Source: Candidatus Omnitrophota bacterium (lineage in GTDB: Bacteria; Omnitrophota; Gorgyraeia; Gygaellales; Profunditerraquicolaceae). From it: DNA of 64,000 nucleotides. Positions within the stretch are counted from its first letter, which is position 1; each line of letters opens with the position of its first letter. Position numbers and translations under genes: made by a program. Below the pieces are notes generated by a model that ran no database searches, was not told where the DNA came from, and was given only the letters and a program-made list of their open reading frames with translations. The stretch lies in assembly GCA_963805065.1 (NCBI GenBank), contig CAWDSS010000010.1, positions 984,359 through 1,048,358 on the forward strand, written 5' to 3'. Shown piece after piece: positions 46,171 to 57,276 of the stretch.

Positions 46171-47604
46171 ATGAACTTTTCCCCAAAGGACAAACAACTG
46201 CTTAAGAATATTTATCTTTTTGCTTTGCCAAGAAAGGTGAAGCTGTATCTTGTCGGGGGAATCCTACGCGATATTTTATTGGGCAGAGAAAAAGAAAATC
46301 CTGATTTTGATTTCTGCCTGAAAGGCAATGCCATAGGCTTCGCAAAAAAACTTTCTAAAGAGCTCAAAGCAGGATTCGTAGTTTTAGATAAGGAACACGG
46401 AGCCTGCAGGCTGGTAAAGAAAACCAAAGACAAAATTTATACACTGGATTTTACGGATTTTCGCGGGAAGAATTTAGAAGATGACCTCTTGCACCGAGAC
46501 TTTACCATAAATGCCATGGCACTGGATTTGGAAAAAGTTTTTAGCAAAGAAGATTTAAATGATTCTTTATTGGATCCTTATAACGGCAGGCTGGATTTAA
46601 AACATAAGCTCATAAAGGTAGTAAATAAAAAATCTTTTGCCGAAGATCCTTTAAGGATACTGCGTTCATTTAGTTTCTCGTCGCTATTGGGATTTAAAAT
46701 AGACAAGCCAACCCTAAGTTTAGCCGGTGTTTACAAAGCCAAATTATCGCAAGTATCTTTTGAAAGAATACGCGATGAATTGTTTAAGATTTTTGACAGC
46801 CGCAAGGCTTTTGACTGCCTGGTGGTGTTGGACAAAATGCGGATTCTTAAAATAATTTTTCCCGAAATTGAGAGAATGCGCGGGTTGAAACAAGGCCCGT
46901 ATCATCATTTAGATATCTGGCGGCATAGCTTAGAAACGGTCAGGCAGCTAGAGTTGTTGTTTGTACAGCTTAAAAACAAGCAGGATATTCAGGATTATTT
47001 AAACGAAGTCATCTCTTCGCAAAGGCGGCGTTTTTCCCTGATGAAACTAGGCGCGCTTTTGCATGATATAGGAAAACCGCAAGCTTTGCGTAGGGAAAAA
47101 GGAAAAATCAAATTCCACGGGCATGAAAAAATAGGTTCCGAGATTATAAGAGAAATCGTCAAGCGCCTGAAACTTTCCAATGATGAGTCGGATTGTTTAG
47201 AAAAGATGGTTTTCTTTCATTTAAGGCCGGGATATCTGGGGGACAATGAAACCGTAAGCAAAAGGGCCGCATTTCGATATTTTCGCGATACAGGCAAAGA
47301 GGCGGTTAGCACTCTTCTGATTTCCATTGCCGACCAGCGCTCTACCAGAGGTAGATTAACCACAGAAGAATCCAGGGTTCAGCATGAAAAAACCTGTTTT
47401 AGCCTGATAAAAGAATTCTTCCGGAAACAAAAAGAAAAGAAGCTGCCGCGTTTAATAAACGGGGATGACCTTAAACGAAAGTTCAAATTAGAGCCTTCGC
47501 CGCTAATAGGCAAAATCTTGGCAGAAATCGAAGAATTGCAGGCCATAGGTAAAATCAGTAGTAAACAACAGGCCTTCAAGATAGCCAAGAGTATCCTCCC
47601 ATGA
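46171..47604 (+). CDS. cca: CCA-adding enzyme / poly(A) polymerase family nucleotidyltransferase with an HD domain
   Basis: LVGGILRD.LLG, DFD, RDFTINA head domain. HD motif LLHDIGKP...HGHE. Confidence 0.75.
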   Translation: MNFSPKDKQLLKNIYLFALPRKVKLYLVGGILRDILLGREKENPDFDFCLKGNAIGFAKKLSKELKAGFVVLDKEHGACRLVKKTKDKIYTLDFTDFRGKNLEDDLLHRDFTINAMALDLEKVFSKEDLNDSLLDPYNGRLDLKHKLIKVVNKKSFAEDPLRILRSFSFSSLLGFKIDKPTLSLAGVYKAKLSQVSFERIRDELFKIFDSRKAFDCLVVLDKMRILKIIFPEIERMRGLKQGPYHHLDIWRHSLETVRQLELLFVQLKNKQDIQDYLNEVISSQRRRFSLMKLGALLHDIGKPQALRREKGKIKFHGHEKIGSEIIREIVKRLKLSNDESDCLEKMVFFHLRPGYLGDNETVSKRAAFRYFRDTGKEAVSTLLISIADQRSTRGRLTTEESRVQHEKTCFSLIKEFFRKQKEKKLPRLINGDDLKRKFKLEPSPLIGKILAEIEELQAIGKISSKQQAFKIAKSILP

Positions 47605-49823
47605 AAAAAATAATTATAATCCTGGTAATCTTCGTTTTATTATCCACTGCAGCGATAATTTATCTGAACAATGTGGTTCTGCCTACCAGGATTAAATCCC
47701 TAATTGTTAAAGGATTGCAGGAACAAACACATAAAAACGTAAGCCTGGAGTCAGTGCAATTCAATATTTTTAAGGGGCTGGTTCTAAGGAACCTGGTGAT
47801 TTATGACAATAATGAAACATTCGCCACTTTTAGAGAAAGTTCATTTACATTCTTAATCTGGCCGATTTTTAAGAAAATGATTATTATACCTAATGTCAGG
47901 CTTCGCTCGCCTGTAATTTTATTGGAAAGAAAGAAAGACGGTTCTTTTAACCTGCAGGATTTATTTGTCGATAAAACCAGCCAACCGAAGCCGCAACCTT
48001 TTAATATCTTAATCTATAAAGTAAGCGTCATTGAAGCAACAGTGCATTTTAAGGACGATGCCCTCGATGAACCTTTTGTCAAAGATATAGAACATATTAA
48101 TTTGAGAATTCAATTGGCTTTGCCTGCTAAAGTAAAATTTAACCTTAAGTCGCAAATCTCAGGCTTACCTGTAATAAAAATTAATGCACAGGGAGAATTT
48201 AAAATACCCCAGCAGGAATTAACAGCCAAGATTTCAGTACAGGATCTTTCTCCTTTACAGTTTATGCCTTATTATAAAAATTCAGGGATTAACATTAGCA
48301 ATGGGCAAGTGGATGCTTCTGTAGACTTGAGAGTAAAAGATAACACTATCTCTGCGGATGTATTGGCCAGGGCAAGAAATATGGAATTAACAAAAGATAA
48401 AACAGCTTTAGAGCTAAATTCGGATATTCAATCAAGCCTGCAGTATAGCTTGAAAGATAAGCAACTAAAATGTTTCGGGAAAGCAAAAATCATTGATTTT
48501 GCCATTAAGACGGCTGCCGCGGATATAATCGGCAAGGGAAATTTATCTTTGACAGTTGCTACTAAAGTTCTTGCAGCAGGTCCTATAGAGCTGTCCGGTG
48601 ATTTTGAAATGATTGATACGGTTTTAAAGTCAAAAAATTTAAATTCCTTAATACAAAATATCAACGGCAGGCTGGAGTTTAACTTGGAAAGCCTTAAATG
48701 GTCGGATTTGAATTTCCAATATCTGGATGTGCCGTATAAGACGACTGGAAGCATAACTAATTTTCCCTCACCCCAAGTCCAATTACAATTAACCTCTAAA
48801 GACTTATTCTTGGAATCGGGTTTCTCAATTAGTAATGGGTTGATTGACATAACCCAGTTTTCGGGAAAATATATTAATTCAACCCTTTCACTCAAAGGCA
48901 AGGTCGATACTGCTAATTTAGAATCGGATTTAAACGCAGAACTTAACTTTGATTTACAAGATACAAAACAAGCATTTAAAAAATTTAAGGACCGATTAGA
49001 GCAAATCAAACTCATAGGCATACTTAACTTGCAGTTATCACTTAAGGGTAAGCTCAATGATTTTAAATCCTGCCTCATCAAAGGTAATGTTTCTAGCGCA
49101 GAAATTTCTGTTTTCGGCTTAAAAACCCAGGATCTTTCTTTAATTTTTAATCAGGCAGATGGATCAGCAGATATTTCTTCTTTCCATTTATCTTTATATG
49201 ACGGATTAGTAAACGGAAAAGCAAACATTGATCTTAATTCCCCAAATATTCCTTATGGAATTGAAGCTGATTTACAGGGCCTTAAGCTGGAAAAGCTAAA
49301 GCAAGATACTCCCCTAAAAACAAAGGACCTTGCCGGGACTTTACAAGCCCATGTTAAACTAAACGGGATGTATAGTGACCTTGCCAAATTAAATGGTTGC
49401 GGTAATATTGCTATCACAGATGGAAAACTCTGGCAGCTAAATTTATTCCAGGGCCTGGGTTCATTGCTATTTGCCAAAGATTTTGCCAACATTGTGTTTA
49501 GCGAGGGCTCATGCGGATTTACAGTGCAAGATAAGCATGTGTTTAGTGATAATCTAAGCCTCAAGAGTAACATCATTGGCTTAAGCGGAACGGTAAATAT
49601 CGGCTTTGACAGCTCTATTGATTCTTCTATTGATGTGCAGGTAAAAGATGAAATGGTGCCTTTAACCGGAACGCTTAAGGATTTTACCACCGCAGTAATC
49701 GGCCAGGGAGGAAAATTCGGAGTTATAAAAATCAGTGGTACCCTAAAAAAGCCCAAATATAAATTTAAACCCGCTGTTACGGATATAATTAAGGGAATTA
49801 CAAACGCAATTTTTGGCCAGTAG
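47601..49823 (+). CDS. AsmA-family / TamB-like envelope protein
   Basis: N-terminal anchor helix followed by a long beta-rich repetitive body, 740 aa. Confidence 0.5.
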   Translation: MKKIIIILVIFVLLSTAAIIYLNNVVLPTRIKSLIVKGLQEQTHKNVSLESVQFNIFKGLVLRNLVIYDNNETFATFRESSFTFLIWPIFKKMIIIPNVRLRSPVILLERKKDGSFNLQDLFVDKTSQPKPQPFNILIYKVSVIEATVHFKDDALDEPFVKDIEHINLRIQLALPAKVKFNLKSQISGLPVIKINAQGEFKIPQQELTAKISVQDLSPLQFMPYYKNSGINISNGQVDASVDLRVKDNTISADVLARARNMELTKDKTALELNSDIQSSLQYSLKDKQLKCFGKAKIIDFAIKTAAADIIGKGNLSLTVATKVLAAGPIELSGDFEMIDTVLKSKNLNSLIQNINGRLEFNLESLKWSDLNFQYLDVPYKTTGSITNFPSPQVQLQLTSKDLFLESGFSISNGLIDITQFSGKYINSTLSLKGKVDTANLESDLNAELNFDLQDTKQAFKKFKDRLEQIKLIGILNLQLSLKGKLNDFKSCLIKGNVSSAEISVFGLKTQDLSLIFNQADGSADISSFHLSLYDGLVNGKANIDLNSPNIPYGIEADLQGLKLEKLKQDTPLKTKDLAGTLQAHVKLNGMYSDLAKLNGCGNIAITDGKLWQLNLFQGLGSLLFAKDFANIVFSEGSCGFTVQDKHVFSDNLSLKSNIIGLSGTVNIGFDSSIDSSIDVQVKDEMVPLTGTLKDFTTAVIGQGGKFGVIKISGTLKKPKYKFKPAVTDIIKGITNAIFGQ

Positions 49824-49825
49824 AC

Positions 49826-50473
49826 GTGAGCGCAGTCTTAAAAACTCTTAAATTAATCGAAAAACAAATCCAGCCATTTAAAATCCCTTCGGTAACTGTT
49901 GTTTCGCAGAAAAATGATCCCTATCAAGTTTTGATTTCCTGCATATTGAGCCTGCGCACTAAAGACAAAACCACAATTGAGGCAAGCCATAGATTATTTA
50001 AGGTTGCGGATAACCCGAAAGATATGGTAAAATTGCCTAGAGCGCGGATACAAAAAATAATTTATCCGGTGGGGTTCTATCGTAATAAAGCCGCAGTTAT
50101 TTCGGGCATTAGTAAAAGGATTCTGGAAGAATTTTGCGGTAAGGTACCCAACCGGTTAGAAGACCTGCTGAAATTAAAGGGCGTAGGCAGAAAAACCGCT
50201 AATTTAGTTTTGGGCCTGGGTTTTAATATCCCGGCAATTTGCGTGGATATTCACGTGCATAGGATATCAAATCGCCTGGGATGGGTAAGAACCAAGGCGC
50301 CTAAGGATTCAGAAGAGGCCTTAAAGAAAATTATCCCAAAAGCGCGCTGGATAGATTTAAATACAACGCTTGTGACGTTCGGCCAGAATATTTGTCTGCC
50401 GGTTTCGCCTTTCTGTAGTAGGTGTTTAGTCTATAAATTTTGCCAGAGAGTAGGCGTAGGTAGGTCCCGTTAA
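49826..50473 (+). CDS. nth: Endonuclease III
   Basis: HhH-GPD motif LKGVGRKTANLVL and a C-terminal 4Cys cluster C..C..C..C-like (CLPVSPFCSRCLVYKFC). Confidence 0.85.
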   Translation: MSAVLKTLKLIEKQIQPFKIPSVTVVSQKNDPYQVLISCILSLRTKDKTTIEASHRLFKVADNPKDMVKLPRARIQKIIYPVGFYRNKAAVISGISKRILEEFCGKVPNRLEDLLKLKGVGRKTANLVLGLGFNIPAICVDIHVHRISNRLGWVRTKAPKDSEEALKKIIPKARWIDLNTTLVTFGQNICLPVSPFCSRCLVYKFCQRVGVGRSR

Positions 50474-50482
50474 TCAAAGGAG

Positions 50483-51862
50483 ATGATCATGCAACCAAGA
50501 AAAATTTTGCTTAGAGAAGAGGATATCCCAAGGAAATGGTATAATTTGGCCGCGGATTTACCAGGCGCACTTCAGCCTCCGCTTGGCCCGGATGGCAATC
50601 CCATTAAACCTGAAATGCTGGCAAAGGTATTTCCCATGAATTTAATCGAACAGGAAGTATCGCGCGAGCGTTGGATTGACATACCCGAAGAAATTATTGA
50701 AATATTATACCGCTGGAGGCCGGTGCCTTTGCGTCGTGCAGTATACCTGGAAGAATATTTAAAAACTCCTGCCGAAATCTATTATAAAGACGAAAGTGTC
50801 AGCCCTCCGGGAAGCCATAAGCCCAATACCGCAGTTGCCCAGGCATGGTATAACAAGCAATTCGGGATTAAAAGATTAACTACTGAGACCGGCGCAGGGC
50901 AGTGGGGATGCGCTTTGGCTTTTGCCTGTAATCTTTTAGGGTTAGAATGCAAGGTTTATATGGTGAGAATCAGTTTTGACCAGAAACCCTTAAGAAAGAC
51001 CATGATGGCGGTGTGGGGTGCAGAATGCATACCCAGCCCAAGTAATGAGACAAATGCAGGAAGAAAAATTCTAAAAGATACTCCTGATACCCCGGGCAGC
51101 CTGGGAATAGCAATCAGCGAGGCTGTGGAAGCAGCTGTAAGTGACTCTTCCGGCAAGACGCGCTATTCGCTGGGCAGTGTATTGAATCATGTGCTATTGC
51201 ATCAGACCATAACCGGGTTAGAAGCAAAAAAACAACTGGAGTCAGTAGGGATAAAAAATCCCGACATCGTTATCGGCTGCGTAGGCGGGGGAAGTAATTT
51301 TGCCGGCATAGCCTTTCCTTTTGTCTATGACAAAATTAACGGAGCAAAGATAAAAATTATTCCGGTTGAACCCACCGCTTGTCCGACTATGACAAGAGGT
51401 TTATTTGCTTATGATTATGGTGATGTAGCCGGTTTCACCCCGCTTCTTGCTATGTATACACTGGGCCATAAGTTTATACCAGCTCCCATACACGCAGGAG
51501 GCTTGCGTTATCATGGATTATCGCCTTTATTAAGCCAGGCAATTGTTGATGGATTGCTTGAGCCGCGAGCATACGACCAGATAAAGTGTTATGAGTCTGC
51601 AATGCTGTGGTCAAAGACTGAAGGCACGATTTGCGCCCCTGAAACCAGCCATGCCATTGCCTGCGTGATTGATGAAGCATTGAAAGCAAAAGAAGAAGGC
51701 AGGAAAAAAGTGATTTTATTCAATTACAGCGGCCATGGCCTGATGGATTTACTGGGTTATGAAAAATTTCTTTCGGGAAAACTTAGCGATTATTCTTTGC
51801 CTGAGGATGACTTACAGAGATGTTTAGAATCTATAAAGGATTTCCCCAAGCCTAAACATTAA
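50483..51862 (+). CDS. trpB: TrpB-like PLP-dependent enzyme (tryptophan synthase beta type 2)
   Basis: SHKPNTA lysine motif, [11 protein letters not shown], long TrpB2-type N-terminus. Confidence 0.8.
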   Translation: MIMQPRKILLREEDIPRKWYNLAADLPGALQPPLGPDGNPIKPEMLAKVFPMNLIEQEVSRERWIDIPEEIIEILYRWRPVPLRRAVYLEEYLKTPAEIYYKDESVSPPGSHKPNTAVAQAWYNKQFGIKRLTTETGAGQWGCALAFACNLLGLECKVYMVRISFDQKPLRKTMMAVWGAECIPSPSNETNAGRKILKDTPDTPGSLGIAISEAVEAAVSDSSGKTRYSLGSVLNHVLLHQTITGLEAKKQLESVGIKNPDIVIGCVGGGSNFAGIAFPFVYDKINGAKIKIIPVEPTACPTMTRGLFAYDYGDVAGFTPLLAMYTLGHKFIPAPIHAGGLRYHGLSPLLSQAIVDGLLEPRAYDQIKCYESAMLWSKTEGTICAPETSHAIACVIDEALKAKEEGRKKVILFNYSGHGLMDLLGYEKFLSGKLSDYSLPEDDLQRCLESIKDFPKPKH

Positions 51863-51870
51863 TCCGCCGG

Positions 51871-52554
51871 ATGAGAACAATAATATTTTTTATGATTTTC
51901 TTTGGGTGTGCCAGCCTGCTTCGCGCGGACACGGTTTATCTTAAGAACGGCCGCAGCATCGAAGGGTTGATTAAATCTCAAGATATTAATGGTCTTGAGT
52001 TGGAAGTTTGTTCAGGTGTAGTAACATTTCGTAACATTGAGATTGAAAAAATAAAAAAATCAGATCCGCAGGAAATTTTGATGATACGTAAGAAGTGGGA
52101 ACAGGAAAAGCTGAAGAACTTCGAGAACCTGACAGTGCAGCAGCAAAAAGCAGAGCAGGAATCCAAAAAAATAGAATTTACGCCGGATTCCCAGAATATC
52201 ATTGTCGGGGTAACCTTAAATAAAAAGGTTGAAGTTAAATTAGTGCTGGATACCGGAGCCACAACCGTAGTGCTAAAGAAAAGCATTGCTAAGGACTTAG
52301 GAGTAAACTTAGACAACATTAAATCTGAAGCAAAAGTAACTGTTGCCGACGGCCGTAACACGAAGGCAAAAGTTATTGTTTTGGACAGCGTAAAGACGCA
52401 GGGCGTTGAAGCACGCAATGTGAAAGCAGTTATCTTAGCGGATGAAGAAAGCCCGGGAATAGGAGACGGGCTTTTGGGCATGTCTTTCTTGAAGAAATTT
52501 AATTTTAAGGTTGACCGTAAAAACAAGAAATTGATTCTGGAGAAGCTGGAATGA
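51871..52554 (+). CDS. Retropepsin-like (clan AA) aspartic protease, exported
   Basis: Signal peptide, LVLDTGATTVVL active-site motif, GLLGMSFLKKF. Confidence 0.65.
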   Translation: MRTIIFFMIFFGCASLLRADTVYLKNGRSIEGLIKSQDINGLELEVCSGVVTFRNIEIEKIKKSDPQEILMIRKKWEQEKLKNFENLTVQQQKAEQESKKIEFTPDSQNIIVGVTLNKKVEVKLVLDTGATTVVLKKSIAKDLGVNLDNIKSEAKVTVADGRNTKAKVIVLDSVKTQGVEARNVKAVILADEESPGIGDGLLGMSFLKKFNFKVDRKNKKLILEKLE

Positions 52555-53501
52555 AAATAAAAAATACCGAAATAAGAATCGCAAGGGGTGATATTACGCA
52601 ATCCGACGCCGATGCCATTGTCAATGCAGCTAATAACGAACTGGAAATGGGCGGCGGCGTTGCCGGAGCAATAAAACGAAAAGGCGGAGAAATTATTGAG
52701 AAGGAAGCCATAAAATTAGGGCCGATAAAAATAGGGGATGCAGTTTATACGTCTGCCGGAAAATTAAAGGCAAAATATGTGATTCATGCCGCTACCATGG
52801 GCATGGATTTTCGAACTGATGAAATAAAGATAAGGAATTCCTGTAAAAATTCTTTGGCTGTGGCAGAAAAACTAAAGATTAAGTCTATTGCCTTTCCTGC
52901 GTTAGGTTGCGGGGTGGGGGGATTCCCGCTTTTAGCCTCGGCAAAGATTATGGCGCAGGAGGTATTCAGACACTTAAAAGAAAATAATGCAAGCAGCTTA
53001 AAAGAGGTAATTTTCTGCCTGCGCGATAAAGAAGCATACGAAATATTTCAAAAAGGAGTTACTTCTTATCTGGAATATATTATTCATAAATTGCAAAACG
53101 GGCCGTTTACTACAGTAGATGCGATAATCGAAGTAGAGGGCGGAATTGTAATTATTGAAAGAAGCAACCCGCCATTTGGCTTCGCTTTGCCCGGAGGTTT
53201 TGTGGATTACGGGGAAAGCCTGGAAGATGCAGTGAAGCGTGAGGCAAAAGAAGAGACCGATTTGGATATAACTGATTTAAAACAATTCCATACTTACTCA
53301 AATCCTCAGAGAGACCCGCGTTTTCATACCATTGGCACAGTATTTATTGCTAAGGCAAAAGGTTCGCCTCGGGCAGGTGATGATGCTGCGGGTTTAAAAG
53401 TAGTAAGTTTGAGTGAAGCAGAAAAGCTGAATTTCGCTTTTGACCACAAGCAAATTATTCTGGACTATATAAAGCATAAACAAGGCAAGAACCCGTTTTA
53501 A
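52551..53501 (+). CDS. Macro domain - NUDIX hydrolase fusion protein
   Basis: N-terminal GDITQSDADAIVNAANNELEMGGGVAGAI macro motif. C-terminal Nudix box GGFVDYGESLEDAVKREAKEETDL. Confidence 0.8.
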   Translation: MKIKNTEIRIARGDITQSDADAIVNAANNELEMGGGVAGAIKRKGGEIIEKEAIKLGPIKIGDAVYTSAGKLKAKYVIHAATMGMDFRTDEIKIRNSCKNSLAVAEKLKIKSIAFPALGCGVGGFPLLASAKIMAQEVFRHLKENNASSLKEVIFCLRDKEAYEIFQKGVTSYLEYIIHKLQNGPFTTVDAIIEVEGGIVIIERSNPPFGFALPGGFVDYGESLEDAVKREAKEETDLDITDLKQFHTYSNPQRDPRFHTIGTVFIAKAKGSPRAGDDAAGLKVVSLSEAEKLNFAFDHKQIILDYIKHKQGKNPF

Positions 53502-55378
53502 CCTTCCCGTAATTGTTTCTCCGCATCCACAACATCCCTGTTGATTACTCTGATAGTTTCTTTTATTCTGTCGCTTAACACAGGAGAGCAGATATCCGTG
53601 CAATTTATTTCTCTTAATATTTGAATTGCCATCCGGAAATATCTCACTACTTCGCCTTCATCCGTATCGCTAAATTGCAGTGTCTTTGCGAAATTCGTGC
53701 CTCGCAGCCACGCTTCCACTGCAGAGCTCAAATGAAAGTAAGGAAGTTTGCTAAAAGGGTATATTTTGTATCTTTCTTCTTTGTGTTTTATGGTATCGTA
53801 AATTTCTTCGCAAGTCCTTTTGATCTTTCGGCAATTTTTTGATAACCCTAAGGGAAGGCGCTGGTTTTTTCTCGGCTCAAATACTATGGCAGTAGTAATA
53901 ATGCCTAGCCCGAACTCATCCAACTGCTCTAATATCTCCTGGTCGAAGAGTTCAGCCATTATCAGCTCATATCCATAAACGGTTTTGGCGAATTTACCCT
54001 TGGTAGTCAGCTCGCCATTATGAATATAGCCTAATTCTTTTAACAGTTTTAATTTTGCTTCAATGAGCCTTAAGGCTTCTTTTTGCTCGTTCTTACGGCA
54101 TTGGAAATAATGCAAAGATAGAGGATAAATCTTAACCAAATCTTCTTTATGTTTTTCATAGAGGTTAAGGATAGTAGCGTAGGAAGTGTTAAACTGGCTG
54201 TTTACCTCTTCGGGCTTGCTGAAGATAATACGTTTCACATCATCCGGATTGATTCTTCGCGTATTCACCCGGCAATAAACAAATCCTTCTGAATCAATCC
54301 CGCGGCGGCCTGCGCGCCCAGCCATCTGGTAGAAATCACGGGTTTTTAAATTACGCACATAGCGGCCGTAGAATTTTCTTAATTCATCGAAGCACACGGA
54401 ACGGCTGGGCATGTTTATGCCTAAGGCAAAAGTTTCCGTGGTAAAAATGACTTTTAAGAGCCGGCTGGTAAATAACCTTTCTATTACTTCTTTAAGCGTA
54501 GGTAGCATTCCGGCATGATGGTAGGCAATGCCTTTTTGTATCAGAAGATACATTTTTTGAGCAGTCATGTCGTTTTTTAAATCAAAGCGCTGGCAAAGAG
54601 CAGTGTAGAGCTCGGTAATTTGCGCCTTTTCATTATTGTTTAAGAAATTGAAATTGTTTAACTCAAATGCCAAATCTTCCGCGCGCCTTCTGCCGAATAC
54701 AAAATATATGCAAGGCAAGCCTTCGTTTTGGCGCAGGTAACCGATCAGCGAACTTAATTTGTTGGGACGGAAGTTCCTTAATCTTTTTAATTTGTCCACA
54801 TGGTCTACTATTTCATTCTGGCAATGGAAAAAGAAATGCAGGGGCACAGGCCGTTTTTCCTCGATTACGGTTTTAATCGGCTTATGGTGTACGGATTCAA
54901 TCCAGGAGGCAAGCTGTTTTATATTGGGAATGGTTGCTGAAAGCCCAAGTAGAGTCATGTGTTGGGGAAGAAACATCAATGATTCCTCCCAGACAGTACC
55001 GCGTTCGGGATTATCGATATAGTGGATTTCGTCAAAAATTATCCAGGAATATTTCTGGAGGCTCTCTGGTTCATCGAGTACTTTATTGCGGAATATCTCT
55101 GTGGTCATGATTAAAACCGGGGCAAAAGGGTTTATGCATACATCACCGGTTAATATGCCGATATTGTCGCCGTATTGACTCTGGAAATCGCGGAATTTCT
55201 GGTTAGAAAGTGCTTTGATAGGGGCTGTGTAGATTACGCCCAGATTCTTTTCAATGGATGAGGTGATGATGTGTTCGGCAATGGCGGTTTTACCAGCGCC
55301 TGTGGGAGCGGAAACAATTACAGAATAACCCTCATTTATATAATCAAATGCTTCTTGTTGAAAACGGTCATAGATCAT
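53498..55378 (-). CDS. Ski2-like DEAD/DEAH-box helicase
   Basis: APTGAGKT, DEIH, SAT, AYHHAGM, QMAGRAGRRG motifs. Confidence 0.8.
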   Translation of the reverse strand: MIYDRFQQEAFDYINEGYSVIVSAPTGAGKTAIAEHIITSSIEKNLGVIYTAPIKALSNQKFRDFQSQYGDNIGILTGDVCINPFAPVLIMTTEIFRNKVLDEPESLQKYSWIIFDEIHYIDNPERGTVWEESLMFLPQHMTLLGLSATIPNIKQLASWIESVHHKPIKTVIEEKRPVPLHFFFHCQNEIVDHVDKLKRLRNFRPNKLSSLIGYLRQNEGLPCIYFVFGRRRAEDLAFELNNFNFLNNNEKAQITELYTALCQRFDLKNDMTAQKMYLLIQKGIAYHHAGMLPTLKEVIERLFTSRLLKVIFTTETFALGINMPSRSVCFDELRKFYGRYVRNLKTRDFYQMAGRAGRRGIDSEGFVYCRVNTRRINPDDVKRIIFSKPEEVNSQFNTSYATILNLYEKHKEDLVKIYPLSLHYFQCRKNEQKEALRLIEAKLKLLKELGYIHNGELTTKGKFAKTVYGYELIMAELFDQEILEQLDEFGLGIITTAIVFEPRKNQRLPLGLSKNCRKIKRTCEEIYDTIKHKEERYKIYPFSKLPYFHLSSAVEAWLRGTNFAKTLQFSDTDEGEVVRYFRMAIQILREINCTDICSPVLSDRIKETIRVINRDVVDAEKQLREG

Positions 55379-55471
55379 GCGAATATTATAATGTAAACAG
55401 GCGGGATAGTAAAGGAAAGAGAGAAAGCCAAAGATATTGATTTATCGCGGAAAAATAGTACAATAAAATCA

Positions 55472-56023
55472 ATGGGTTACGAAGTTGCCATAAATAAAGC
55501 CTGGCAGGATTTGGCAGAATTAAATCCCGGCAAGAATCTCTCGGTTAAATTCCTGGCTGATGAATACAGCCTGGATTTGAGGCAGAAAAAAGTATTGTCT
55601 TTGTCCTGCAATATTGCTGTAAAAGACTTCACTGCCATTCTAATTTTGCACTATCTTATTCAGGAAATAAAAGGGCTGCCGGAATTAACCAACGAGTGGG
55701 TTACCTTCAAGGAAATATCAGCTATTGAGGGTTATTACCCGGCTTTTAGAAAACGTTCTATTGAGCCGATAATCAGGAAATACGGGAATAAACCGGAAGC
55801 AATATTAGAAGATTTGGACAGGTTGCCGGCTAAAAGGGTTGACCAGGGCGACATCGGGATTGTTATCGAGGCTTTTAAGGGTGTGCCGATTTTAGTTAAC
55901 CTGTGGCGCAAAGACGAAGAGTTTGCAGCTGATGCAAACATACTTTTTGACAAAAGTATTGGCAAAATATTCTGCACAGAAGATATAGTAGTCTTGGCAG
56001 GAATGGTTGCTGCAAGTTTATAG
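55472..56023 (+). CDS. Hypothetical protein (possibly DUF3786-like)
   Basis: ORF of plausible composition. Family assignment from weak memory of the N-terminal pattern only. Confidence 0.4.
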   Translation: MGYEVAINKAWQDLAELNPGKNLSVKFLADEYSLDLRQKKVLSLSCNIAVKDFTAILILHYLIQEIKGLPELTNEWVTFKEISAIEGYYPAFRKRSIEPIIRKYGNKPEAILEDLDRLPAKRVDQGDIGIVIEAFKGVPILVNLWRKDEEFAADANILFDKSIGKIFCTEDIVVLAGMVAASL

Positions 56024-56230
56024 TTCAATGAGCAATGATGAGAAATATCAATTATTCAAAAATTAGGCAGGCGCGCTTATCAATTTACCAGGAATTTAGT
56101 AGAAGGCAAGCGCGTGAGAATCAGCGGGGATTGTGGAAATAAAAGAAATATTGGAGAGATCCTGTGCATAGCACAGGATAAATTAACGCAAAACGCCAGA
56201 GGCAGCGTTAATTTAATTTAGGAGGTTATT

Positions 56231-57271
56231 ATGTTAAGATGTTTAACCGCAGGTGAGTCGCATGGCAAAGGTTTAGTTGCCATTTTAGAGGGCATGCCGG
56301 CAGGTTTAAAAGTTGATGCCGCAAAAATAAACGCTGAATTAAAGCGCAGGCAAAAGGGATTTGGCCGCGGGAAACGCATGCAGATAGAAAAAGATTCAGC
56401 TAAGATACTTTCCGGGTTAAAGAATAATACAACCCTGGGCAGCCCCATTGCCTTGCTGATTGAAAATAAGGATTTTAGCATTGAGAAATTAAAAAAAGTA
56501 ATTTCTCCTCGGCCCGGCCATGCGGATTTAGCCGGGTTTTTAAAATACGGGTTCGGTGACATAAGAGAAGTTCTGGAGCGCGCCTCGGCAAGAAGCACTG
56601 CGGCAACCGTAGGGATAGGTGCAGTATGTAAAATATTTTTGCAGGAGTTTGGCATATCAATATCAAGCAAGGTGTTATCTATAGGTGGAGAAAATACAAA
56701 ACAATCCATGATGCGTAAGATTAAGGAAGCCATGGATAAGAAAGACACAGTAGGAGGAATTTTTGAGATTGTTGCTAAAAAAGTGCCAGTGGGATTAGGA
56801 AGCTACGTGCAGCCGGACAGGCGCCTGGATTCAAGGTTGGCTGCAGGCATAATGTCAATTCCCGGAATTAAGGCTGTAGAAATCGGCTTAGGGATTGGTT
56901 ATGCTGTTAGTTTTGGCTCTGAGGTGCATGATGCGATTTATTACAACAAAGGCAAAGGATATTTTCGCAAAACCAATAATGCCGGCGGTATTGAAGGCGG
57001 AATCTCTAACGGAGAAAACATAATATTGCGTGGCTGCATGAAGCCGATATGCACACTGCTTACGCCGCTGGATTCGGTCAATGTAATTACCAAGAAGCCT
57101 GCCAAGGCTGCGGTTGAGCGTTCGGATATATGCGTAGTAGAAGCAGCAGGGGTAGTGGCTGAGTCAGCCTGCGCATATGTGTTGGCTGATGCTTTCCTGG
57201 AGAAATTCGCAGGGGATTGCCTTTCTGATATAAAGGTAAGCCTGAAAAATTATTTAAAAAGAACCTGTTAG
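56231..57271 (+). CDS. aroC: Chorismate synthase
   Basis: LTAGESHG, GRGKRM, RPGHAD, SARSTA, NNAGGIEGGISNGE. Confidence 0.9.
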   Translation: MLRCLTAGESHGKGLVAILEGMPAGLKVDAAKINAELKRRQKGFGRGKRMQIEKDSAKILSGLKNNTTLGSPIALLIENKDFSIEKLKKVISPRPGHADLAGFLKYGFGDIREVLERASARSTAATVGIGAVCKIFLQEFGISISSKVLSIGGENTKQSMMRKIKEAMDKKDTVGGIFEIVAKKVPVGLGSYVQPDRRLDSRLAAGIMSIPGIKAVEIGLGIGYAVSFGSEVHDAIYYNKGKGYFRKTNNAGGIEGGISNGENIILRGCMKPICTLLTPLDSVNVITKKPAKAAVERSDICVVEAAGVVAESACAYVLADAFLEKFAGDCLSDIKVSLKNYLKRTC

Positions 57272-57276
57272 ATTAT

